Assembly (NCBI GenBank): GCA_002269645.1
Contig: NIVC01000237.1
Coordinates: 529,153 to 593,152, forward strand
Length of the DNA stretch: 64,000 nucleotides
DNA from: Macrostomum lignano
Lineage: Eukaryota
Reading direction: 5' to 3'
Position numbers and translations under genes: made by a program. Shown in pieces: positions 25,316 to 36,500 of the stretch. The notes beneath the pieces are model-generated. The model worked only from the letters and a program-made list of their open reading frames with translations. It was not told the DNA's origin and made no database searches. Numbering within the stretch: position 1 is the first letter of the stretch; the number at the start of each line of letters is the position of its first letter.

Positions 25316-28300
25316 ATGCTGCCGGTTGGTAGCGGAGGCGACAGCGGCTCCAAAGACGGCTCCAGCGGCGGCGGCAACGGCGAGCGTCTCTGGAGAACCA
25401 CGGCCCAGTCAATAGACCCTGCTAGAGAGATGACAAAGAAGGTCACGTTTTCGGTGAGCAATTAAAGAATCGCCCTCCAAACCCCCTTGAGAATCGCCCT
25501 CCAACTCCCCTTAAAAATCGCCCTCCAAACCCCCTTGAGAATCGCCCTCCAACTCCCCTTAAGAATCGCCCTCCAAACCCCCTTGAGAATCGCTCTCCAA
25601 ACCCCCTTGAGAATCGCCCTCCAAACCCCCTTGAGAATCGCCCTCCAAACCCCCTTGAGAATCGCCCTCCAAACCCCCTTGAGAATCGCCCTCCAAACCC
25701 CCTTGAGAATCACCCTCCAAACCCCCTTGAGAATCGCCCTCCAAACCCCCTTGAGAATCGCCCTCCAAACCCCCTTGAGAATCGCCCTCCAAACCCCCTT
25801 GAGAATCGCCCTCCAAACCCCCCTTGAGAATAGCCTGTTTTACCTCCATGAAAATCGCCCTCCAAACCCCCTTAAGAATCGCCCTCCAACTCCCCTTAAG
25901 AATCGCCCTCCAACTCCCCTTAAGAATCGCCCTCCAACTCCCCTTAAGAATCGCCCTCCAACTCCCCTTAAGAATCGCCCTCCAACTCCCCTTAAGAATC
26001 GCCCTCCAACTCCCCTTAAGAATCGCCCTCCAACTCCCCTTAAGAATCGCCCTCCAACTACCCTTGAGAATCGCCCTCCAACTCCCCTTAAGAATCGCCC
26101 TCCAAACCCCCTTGAGAATCGCCCTCCAACTCCCCTTGAGAATCGCCCTCCAACTCCCCTTAAGAATCGCCCTCCAAACCCCCTTGAGAATCGCCCTCCA
26201 ACTCCCCTTAAGAATCGCCCTCCAAACCCCCTTGAGAATCGCCCTCCAACTCCCCTTAAGAATCGCCCTCCAACTCCCCTTAAGAATCGCCCTCCAACTC
26301 CCCTTAAGAATCGCCCTCCAAACCCCCTTAAGAATCGCCCTCCAAACCCCCTTGAGAATCGCCCTCCAAACCCCCTTGAGAATCGCCCTCCAAACCCCCT
26401 TGAGAATCGCCCTCCAAACCCCCTTGAGAATCGCCCTCCAAACCCCCCTTGAGAATAGCCTGTTTTACCTCCATGAAAATCGCCCTCCAAACCCCCTTAA
26501 GAATCGCCCTCCAACTCCCCTTAAGAATCGCCCTCCAACTCCCCTTAAGAATCGCCCTCCAACTCCCCTTAAGAATCGCCCTCCAACTCCCCTTAAGAAT
26601 CGCCCTCCAACTCCCCTTAAGAATCGCCCTCCAACTCCCCTTAAGAATCGCCCTCCAACTCCCCTTAAGAATCGCCCTCCAACTACCCTTGAGAATCGCC
26701 CTCCAACTCCCCTTAAGAATCGCCCTCCAAACCCCCTTGAGAATCGCCCTCCAACTCCCCTTGAGAATCGCCCTCCAACTCCCCTTAAGAATCGCCCTCC
26801 AAACCCCCTTGAGAATCGCCCTCCAACTCCCCTTAAGAATCGCCCTCCAAACCCCCTTGAGAATCGCCCTCCAACTCCCCTTAAGAATCGCCCTCCAACT
26901 CCCCTTAAGAATCGCCCTCCAACTCCCCTTAAGAATCGCCCTCCAAACCCCCTTAAGAATCGCCCTCCAAACCCCCTTGAGAATCGCCCTCCAAACCCCC
27001 TTGAGAATCGCCCTCCAAACCCCCTTGAGAATCGCCCTCCAAACCCCCTTGAGAATCGCCCTCCAAACCCCCCTTGAGAATCGCCTGTTTTACCTCCATG
27101 AAAATCGCCCTCCAAACCCCCTTGAGAATCGCCCTCCAAACCCCCTTGAGAATCGCCCTCCAAACCCCCTTGAGAATCGCCCTCCAAACCCCCTTGAGAA
27201 TCGCCCTCCAAACCCCCTTGAGAATCGCCCTCCAAACCCCCTTGAGAATCGCCCTCCAAACCCCCTTGAGAATCGCCCTCCAACTCCCCTTAAGAATCGC
27301 CCTCCAAACCCCCTTGAGAATCGCCCTCCAACTCCCCTTAAGAATCGCCCTCCAACTCCCCTTAAGAATCGCCCTCCAAACCCCCTTGAGAATCGCCCTC
27401 CAACTCCCCTTAAGAATCGCCCTCCAAACCCCCTTGAGAATCGCCCTCCAACTCCCCTTAAGAATCGCCCTCCAACTCCCCTTAAGAATCGCCCTCCAAC
27501 TCCCCTTAAGAATCGCCCTCCAAACCCCCTTAAGAATCGCCCTCCAAACCCCCTTGAGAATCGCCCTCCAAACCCCCTTGAGAATCGCCCTCCAAACCCC
27601 CTTGAGAATCGCCCTCCAAACCCCCTTGAGAATCGCCCTCCAACTCCCCTTAAGAATCGCCCTCCAAACCCCCTTGAGAATCGCCCTCCAAACCCCCCTT
27701 GAGAATCGCCTGTTTTACCTCCATGAAAATCGCCCTCCAAACCCCCTTAAGAATCGCCCTCCAATTCCCCTTAAGAATCGCCCTCCAACTCCCCTTAAGA
27801 ATCGCCCTCCAACTCTCCTTAAGAAATTACGCTCTCCAACTCCCCTTAAGAATCGCCCTCCAACTCTCCTTAAGAAATTACGCTCTCCAACTCCCCTTAA
27901 GAATCGCCCTCCAACTCTCCTTAAGAAATTACGCTCTCCAACTCCCCTTAAGAATCGCCCTCCAAACCCCCTTAAGAATCGCCCTCCAATTCCCCTTAAG
28001 AATCGCCCTCCAACTCCCCTTAAGAATCGCCCTCCAACTCTCCTTAAGAAATTACGCTCTCCAACTCCCCTTAAGAATCGCCCTCCAACTCTCCTTAAGA
28101 AATTACGCTCTCCAACTCCCCTTAAGAATCGCCCTCCAACTCTCCTTAAGAAATTACGCTCTCCAACTCCCCTTAAGAATCGCCCTCCAACTCTCCTTAA
28201 GAATCGCCCTCCAACACCCCCTTGTGAATCACTGAACCAACTCGTACTCAATTATCATGAACCCCACAGCACGAAAGCCAGACTCCAACATCATCGGACA

Positions 28301-30349
28301 ACCTGTACTTTATATTCAATTTCTTCGAGACCATCACTCCGCCTCCGAGCTTTCGCACCTTTAAAGAGGGTTTTCAGCACGTGTCCAAAGTGATGGAGCT
28401 GCATCCGCAGTTTCTCAACGGGCTGCTGCTAAAAAATGTCGAGCCGTTCGGTTTGTGAAAAAAATTAAAACTACCTGATGATATTGGCCTGTAACTAGAG
28501 GCTGCTATCAGATTCTTAGAATCACCGTCCACTTTCTAGAATCACTCTCTAATTCCAAGAATCATTCTTCGATTTCTAGAAACACTGTCTAAATCTTAAA
28601 AAAGCTCTTCGATTCCTAGAATCCCTATCTAATTCTTAGAATCACTCTCTAAATCCTAGAATGGCTCTCCGATTCCTAGAATCCCTATCTAATTCTTAGA
28701 ATCACTCTCTAAATCCTAGAATGGCTCTCCGATTCCTAGAATCCCTATCTAATTCTTAGAATCACTCTCTAAATCCTAGAATGGCTCTCCGATTCCTAGA
28801 ATCCCTATCTAATTCTTAGAATCACTCTCTAATTCCTAGAATCACTTTGCAATTCCTAGAATCACTCTCCAATTCCTAGAATCACTTTGCAATTCCTAGA
28901 ATCACTCTCCAATTCCTAGAATCACTCTCCTATTCCTAGAATCACTCTCCAATTCCTAGAATCACTCTCCAATTCCTAGAATCACTTTGCAATTCCTAGA
29001 ATCACTCTCCAATTCCTAGAATCACTCTCCAATTCCTAGAATCACTCTCCAATTCCTAGAATCACTCGCTAATTCTTGGAATCACTCCCCAATTCCTAGA
29101 ATCACTCGCTAATGCCTGGAATCACTCCCCAATTCCTAGAATCACTCTCTAATTCCTGGAATCACTCCCCAATTCCTAGAATCACTCGCTAATTCCTGGA
29201 ATCACTCCCTAATTCCTAGAATCACTCTCTAAATCCTAGAATAGCTTTTAGATTCCTAGAATCCCTATCTAATTCCTAGAATCACTCTCAAGTTCCTAGA
29301 ATCACTCTCCAATTCCTAGAATCACTCACCACTTCCTAGAGTCACTCTCTAATCCCTGGAATCACTCTCCAATTCCTAGAATCACTCTCCAGTTTATATT
29401 TTTTGGTAATCAAGCACCCTTTATTTCGCCAAGACCCGGCCATCTCTTCATCTCACTCCCCAGACCGATTTCCCTACCTGAGCTACTCGGTTTTTTACGT
29501 GCAGCCGCCGACCAGCAACTTCATTCACGACCCGACCTGGGTGAAGGTGATTCGGGAGGGTCACGGTGACAACCAGGTGCATCATCAAGGTGAGCGATTT
29601 TCTTACATGCATGTGTAAATATTGGATGGCCAACAGTCACTCTATAGACACTCCAATAATCACTCCATAGACACCCCAATAATCACTCCATAGACACCCC
29701 AAAAATCACTCCATAGGCACCTCAATAATCACTCCATAGACACCCCAATAATCACTCCAAAGACACCCCGAAAATCACTCCATAGGCACCCCAAGAATGA
29801 CTCCATAGAACCCCAATAATCGCTCTCCGGACACCCAAAAAATCTCATGGCTTCCTCGTCTCCTGAACAGCCCAAGCTTGGTCTCATTCCATCAATGCAC
29901 CACCCGAATGCTCAGGCGGCTTCAGCGAGCTGCACACCATCTGGATGGACCCGAACGATTCCGGCGCTTCCAACCGCTGCCGACGCCCGTTGTCGCCAGC
30001 CTCGGCCTACATCGTTGTCAGCTGCCGGTTGCTAGGCAACGCCAAACAACTCGAAGCCAACTGGCGCCAATGGAGCGGCGCCGAGTTCATCCTGCGCAGC
30101 CTGCAGCCGCGCCAGCTGTCCAGCCTGAGGCGCATCAGCTTCTACCGCCGGGCCGTGTCCCGCTGCTCCTTCACGCACATCCTGCTGGCCGAGTTCACCG
30201 ACTGCGCCGAGATCTACCGGCTCAGAAACTTCGTGGCTCTCATCAATGCCAGGCATTGTGGAGTGGCCGGCCTGTACACAGTCGAGTCACAGTTCTGCTC
30301 TCCTCAGCTCGCCGAAGATGATCAGCAGGAGCTTCTGGATCAGAACTGA
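25316..30349 (+). CDS. Uncharacterised protein, 4 exons, about 307 aa (possibly the invertebrate DUF7153-like family, unverified)
   Basis: Exons 25316-25453, 28270-28450, 29464-29589, 29871-30349. Donors are GTGAGC, GTTTGT and GTGAGC, acceptors are CAG, phases 0/1/1 are compatible, and the join gives a stop-free 924-nt frame (..LNGLLLKNVEPFGDRFPYLSYSVF..LEANWRQWSGAEFI..LRRISFYRR..). The start codon is the least certain part. Confidence 0.75.
25465..28225. repeat. Intronic minisatellite, 24-bp unit (AAGAATCGCCCTCCAACTCCCCTT), with a 625-bp higher-order repeat
   Basis: Marker variant CCCCCTTGAGAAT(A/C)GCCTGTTTTACCTCCATGAAAAT recurs every 625 nt (track ORF starts at 25824, 26449, 27074, 27699). 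Confidence 0.97.
28495..29392. repeat. Intronic minisatellite, 20-bp unit (AATTCCTAGAATCACTCTCC), with a 60-bp higher-order block
   Basis: The 60-nt blocks starting at 28621, 28681 and 28741 are identical. Confidence 0.95.
29635..29820. repeat. Intronic minisatellite, 23-bp unit (ATAATCACTCCATAGACACCCCA)
   Basis: About 8 copies in the last intron of the uncharacterised gene. Confidence 0.9.
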
Positions 30350-30579
30350 TTTACATTATCAGCTATAGTTATGTAGTGTGTCACCGATGGTACATGTAAT
30401 TTTGAATATTTAATGGTAGTTATTCCTACAAAACGTTATATACGAGTACAGAAGATGCATCTGACTTTTCTCGTTTGTTACGGCGCAGGGATATCCTAAT
30501 GGATAACTCTACTTACAAAAATTTCTATATGCTACTCTCTGTACTTTATTATACTTTGTGCGCTCTTTTATTGTATCGC

Positions 30580-32700
30580 AGAATTATGACTCGTTTTTTG
30601 CGACAGAGTCAGAGCGGTTGCGAAAAAGCTGGCAGTGGCCGAGAAAGCAGATCCCAATTAACCCCAACGAAGTGGAAGGGAAGGAGTAAAAGCAGGAAAG
30701 CAGAGTTAGGTGGATGCTGTCTGCAGCTGCAAAGCCAAGAAAGAAGTGGAGCGCTGGCGGCGCAACAGGGTAAAGCTGACAGAAAAGTAGCGGAGAACAG
30801 CGTCCGATCTTCAGCCTCCAAAGGCCCGAATGTCCGAGTCTGACAAGCCGATTTGATGGCAGAAGCTGGCACCCCCTCGCCGGACGCAGCCAGACACGCA
30901 CGAAGGCAGCTGATGAACTGGCTGGCTGAGAGCTCGCCTCCGTGGCCGTAGCCAAAGAGCGGCGTCCTTGAGTCGTTGGCTGGTGGACAGGTGCAGGTGA
31001 GACTGCAGAGCGGTGACTCTTGAACAGGTGGCAGAAGGACGACATGCGGCGTCGACCCGAACTGGTTGGTCTTGGACTTTGGGACTTTGGGACTTTGGGA
31101 CTTGGACTTTGGCAAACTTCCAGCAGCCGGATGAAGCCGATAGTCAGGCCCGCTTCCTCGTCTCGAGAATCTTCTCTTCGGGCAGCGACTTGGTACCGGT
31201 AGCGGTGCCAAGGAAGTCGATGCATTTCGTAGGCCTGACAACCGTGTCCCTTGATGGTAAAGCCGAGGCGCTGCAAGATGTCCAGCAGGCAACTGAAAGC
31301 GGCGAAAGCCTCGGACTCGGATCTCCCAGCGACTGCCCAGCCATCCAGGTAGTTCACCGTAGCAGAAAAGCCAAGCCGGTTCATGTGCCGGGTAACAGCG
31401 GCTGAAAGACGGTGGAAAACTTCGCAAGCAGCTCTGGCGCCGAAGGGAAGCCTGGTGTCGCAGCTAGAGCAGACTGTCCTGGCTGTCCGAGTCAAACCGC
31501 CAGGCGAGGCCGACGAACCCGTAGTCAGCAGGCTTGATTGGCGCGGACCGACCTGTAGGCGCTTTTGAGATCAATCTTGGTCATGTAGTGTCCCGGAAGG
31601 ATATGACGGACCAGCTGCTGGACAGTGCAGTACGTGATGTACTTCTGTTGGTAGTAGCAGTCGTTGACAGACTTGCCGGTCGGATAGGACAGGTCATGGA
31701 TCAAGCGCGGACCCGTCTGTCGGACTTGGGAACGGCGCCGATCGGGTTGACTTTGATTTTTTGAGGTAGCCAAGTACGTCAGTTAAAAGACTTTCAGTGC
31801 TGTCAGGTAGCCGCCGGGAATTTTTCCTTGATCAGCTTTTGCAGGATGATCGAGTTGGCCGCGATCCACTGACCAGCAGAGATACTGGACAGCTTCAGCT
31901 CCTGCTTCCTGGGTGTGAGGGAACCATTCTCCATTGTGGCGATCAACTGCTCCTGATTGGCTGAGCCGGATCCTCTGGCTAGCTTGATGTGGACTCTGAT
32001 CAGATGCAACTTGCGAGTCGAAGCCTGGCAATTAGCGGCTTGAAGCTGAGCCGCCTCCCTCATCCCAGATTCAAAAACCCTCGGACAACTGCAGACCGGC
32101 ATGTACTTTTTGCTCACTTGATGATGATGCTGGCTGAGGCTGAGCCGTCAAGCGCTGCTGAGTGTGAAGCCAGGGACAACTAAAACACTGTTGTCCCTGT
32201 GTGAAGCTGTTGCTGAAGATCCCGACGACGGCCTTCCCGGACTTGCAGTTCAAGCGATTTCACCTCCTGTCGCAGCGCCGCCAACCGATCGCTTCCCGCG
32301 CTCGGAGGCGCCTCTCCCGCGCTGCCGATGCCATCTCGGCGTCCGGAGCAGAAGAAGTCATCTCGGAGTTGTTGAACTCTTCGTCAGCTCGCTCTAAGCC
32401 GAGTGGCGGCAGTGGAAAAGCGCTTGGCGAGCTGTTGTTTGCGGCACGTAGTAGGCAGGCCTCCGTTTCGCAGCTCAGCCTTGAGTTGGCGCACGTTAAG
32501 TCGCTTTGGGCTGGCGGCACTCATGACAGCGGCTGAGCAAAAATTGAAAATGGCTGCCGAGACCGCGGGTGCAGACCGCGGCTTTAAACCGGACGGCCAA
32601 AACCCCTCAACCCCCGCCAGAGTATAGAGAGGCATGTACAGCTGCACCCGCCCCCCCGGCGCGCCTAACACCTTACTCAGAGAGGAACGATTGCAGTACG
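30580..32700 (-). mobile_element. Degenerate, internally deleted DIRS-order (DIRS/Ngaro-like) tyrosine-recombinase retrotransposon
   Basis: Minus-strand fragments in the order gag, RT, YR. Gag: SAP motif (RLNVRQLKAELRNGGLPTTCRKQQLAKRF, ATG 32524) and SISAGQWIAANSIILQKLI. RT: PRLIHDLSYPTGKSVND..YMTKIDLKSAYR, LPFGARAACEVFHRLS..NYLDG and CIDFLG. YR: KSKTNQFG..SPLC..PLF..SQFISCLRACL..GLSDSDIRAFGG*RS. Frameshifts and stops are present. Boundaries are approximate. Confidence 0.88.
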
Positions 32701-33586
32701 CTCACACAGTGTACAACCCACAGTACAATGTACATGCAAATTGTTGAGAATGTACATGTAGCTTCATCGAAAAAATTTTGTCGCAAGAGGCCCATTGATT
32801 CTATAGCTTTTTTGTTGAATAAATTTTAACTTCGTGGTTATAATTCACAATTACATGTACTTCTAGATATAAATTTGCATATATGTAAATGTCTATAACG
32901 GTCGACACACTGCATGAATTTTATTGTTAGGGTTTTTCAACCACAGCTACGTGTAGATTGAGGAAGGCATAAAGTTCAATGAAATTTTTACAAATTCTCG
33001 CAAATTAATTAATATGTTTTCTATACTATTTTTTACATTAAAATAATTTCAAAAGTGTTTTATGTTTTATACTATGTATACGCATACGCACTTCATCAGC
33101 TCTCGTAAATACCGTGCCGAGTTAGATTTCATTTATAAGGACCATAACCAATTATACATTTTTAGTTTTAAGACAAATCAAGGTCGTCCTTGCGTCTAGA
33201 TGGTAACAGCATCGGGATAAGAAACCAATCATGCTACGATTTTATGAATGATAAAGTATGTTGCAGTTACTTTAAAATGATTCGTTTAGGAGTACAATAC
33301 AACGATGGATCTAGCCAGACACAATAATACTAAGTCTTCTTAAATAAAGAACAAAAACATTTTACCCAATTTGGGAAAACTAATACTTTGTCTTATTTTA
33401 TTTTAGATTAACCATAAAAAATTTGTTAATTCAATTACACTGGAAATGCTTTGACAACTGTATTTTACATTGGCATTCGTGTCGAGTGGCTCATTCATAT
33501 TCAGAAGCTGAGCATTGCGCAGATTATTCATAACATAAGCAAATTGTTTTTATCAATTTATCCACTACCCATTATATCAATTAAAA

Positions 33587-36500
33587 ATGAGCAAAGCAGC
33601 CGCAAAATCAACCGCACCTGCAAAAAAATCTAAGGCAGATTATGAAGGAAGGAGCAAGCCATCACAAATTCGTGAAAGCAACATTGTGGCGGCAAAGTGT
33701 AAGTTGTATTTTGTATTGGCAAAACATTTTTATTTCGCTTCGTGCCTAGTTCGTGGGATTAACGAATTAAGTGCATTAAGTTTTGAATATTAACTTTAAG
33801 TAACACTCAATACTAAGCAGCACTCAATATGACTCAGTACAATATTATTACATTACAGTGTATTTTATTACCAGCCCCTCTACAGAATAGTGCAGGCACT
33901 TATCCAGAAATTATTGAGAGGCAACCTAATACTATACTTTTAAAGATGCAAATCATCAAAATAAAGCAAAACTATAATAGCAACACCTTTAACTTAGGAC
34001 AGGAAAGGGTTTTATTAAGATTCTAAAAGTTATCGACACCTGTAATTCATTTGTTGTTTAGTTTTTATAATACATATAAAATTAGACTGTCCAGTGAGAT
34101 TACCGTAAGTTGAAAAAAACACGAATTTTAGCAAAAAATGATATTTTTTGTTGGCGTACCAGAAAAAAAGTATTGCACATAAAGAAAAACCAAAGTATAC
34201 CCTAAAAAGTAAAGAACACTGTTGTTATTTAAAAAAAAAATGGAGACAAAACAATGCACTACAATTAATGCGGTGACCAGTCAAAGTGGATACATTTTAC
34301 GGTAACGAATCGCATTGGCTCCATTTTGAAATGAAAATCACATTTCAAAAAAAGTTTTTTTTCCACAAAAGGGTACATTTTAACAAAGTTTCGCTACTAA
34401 TATGCAATGTTCACATTTAAGACAAACCAGTAACTGTATTTTTGAAAGAAAAAAAGTTTTTTTATGGACTATATAAAGCGATAAAAAATTTTGTTGCCCA
34501 AAAAAAGTATTTAGTCGATCTCCGACGCACTAATTCAGTTTAATGTATGAAAGTGGCACTTCATACCAGCCGTTCGCAAAGAACTGCTTGTGCATCGGTG
34601 TTGTCCGAAAAAAGTTATTGAACTTTATATTTTTTATACTTCTACATGTATTTTGCCATTTAAAATAGAAAAAGGCTTGTCATTTTTTTTAAACAGACCG
34701 ACGCAGTTGTATTTGCACATTCTTCGCCCCTATTGAAATGTAAAATAGATGAAACGTGTGCAGCCCACTCATTGTGTGTCCGTTTTGAGAAACTTTTCTT
34801 TTTGTTTTTCCTGCATTCATGTGCATGCAAACTACTTTGTACTACTTACATAGAAAATATGAAAAAAACGAATTTTTCATTACTTTTTAGTTCTTTATTG
34901 CAAAAAATAGAAAGGAGAAGTGAAACTTAATGCAGTCATGATTTATTTCAGCCTTGGGGGTCACTGTGGAGGCTTCCATTGGAAAGCTGCTGAATTTCTG
35001 ACCCCCAGTAATCAGTATATAGCTATCCCAACAAGTGATCCCTGGCAGTCGCCTGGTCAGCGACTCTAACTCCCATCCTACTGCTAAATTGGCCAACATT
35101 TTACGTAGGCAATTTAATTAAGTCAATCTGTATTGAGAAGCATTTTAATTCTGAGCTACTACTACTACTAGTACTATTTATATATTTTTAACAAATAACC
35201 ATTTTATTAACTACATATTATTCAGAGTTACTGAAGTTTTAACTTTAAAAAGTTGAATTTGTCCTTGAGATTCCTTGCAAGTGAGTGACTTTTTTGCAAG
35301 GTCATTTTTTACCACTAATTAAATACCTTTTCTTTAATACTACAAGTTCACTTCTTAAACAATGTCGACGTTTAAGGTGTATTTACATTTGTGGTCCTTC
35401 TTACACTTTAATTTTAAAAGCATTCATAAAATAAAAATAAACGTACTATGCAATTAGAAAGTAGAAGGTATATTGTTTTTCTTTAAGCCATTTGCCCATT
35501 TGTCATTCATTTTTTACACTTAGTATTCAATGAGGCAATGACTCCCGTTTAATTTAATTAACATTTGCTTTTTAATCATCACTGTCCCAGTCGTTGGCCA
35601 GGATGCGAAGGTCGCCGCGAATGTAGTCGCGGTACAGGTCGTAGGGCACCGGCTTTCCAGGAAAGTCGTCAAACTCGACTAGGAAGCGCTGGTCGAGGAC
35701 GTCGCGGCTCAATCCTGGCGTTGGCACCTGCCGGATGATGTAGCCAGCGTTCCATTCTTCATAGTCCGCTACGTCGGAGTCTTCGTCGACGTACGCGAAG
35801 AGCATTTCGATGCGGAGACCGGCATAGAGACGCGGCAGGCCTGATTGCGTGCTGTCTGGCTGGGCATCCGCGCTGGCCTCATCACTGGAGACCGTAGCTG
35901 AAGGCCGGGCGCCGCGACCACGCCCTCGGCCTCGGCCTCCTTCACGCTGGTGTCCTTTGCCACGGCCACGTCCTCTACCGCGCTGCACACTGGCATTGGG
36001 GGGCTTGGCCTTCTTCACTGTGGAGGCAGCAGGTGGCCCGCTCGCTTTGGACAAAATGGCCTGGACGGCGGATTTGACACGTTCCTCGCGAACTTCGGAT
36101 GCCAGGGTCGAGCCGGAATGTGGCGTGGCTGACTGCTGTGCTGCCTCCGTCTGCTGTGCCAGAATTTCCAGAACTTCTTCCAGATTCTGGTGCAGCTGGG
36201 CCAAAGAAAAGCGCACGCCACGAGCCGAGAAGTTAAGCAGATGGCTCTTATCCTTCGGCAGGACCATCTCTGTGATAAATGAAGTAATATTTTTGTAAAT
36301 GTACACTTTTTCCACTTATATCAGACTTTTCTTTGACAAGTTACATAAAGTTACGAGCTTTTTTGGCATTTGTAAATTGTTATGTCACTGTTTTGAATAA
36401 GAAAGGTAACGCAGCTTGCTCAGACTTACTGGTACACTTGTGGAGCCGCAGTTGCGCCTTTATTGCAGTTTCCTGTTCGGCAGGCTGCAGCGATGCCAGA

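Noticed and set aside
25487-28393. Long ORFs of 178-439 aa ((RIALQTPL)n, (NRPPTPLK)n, (GGRFLRG)n RGG-like)
   Set aside because: These are translations of a stop-poor 24-bp minisatellite, open in several frames on both strands, and they lie inside a GT-AG intron.
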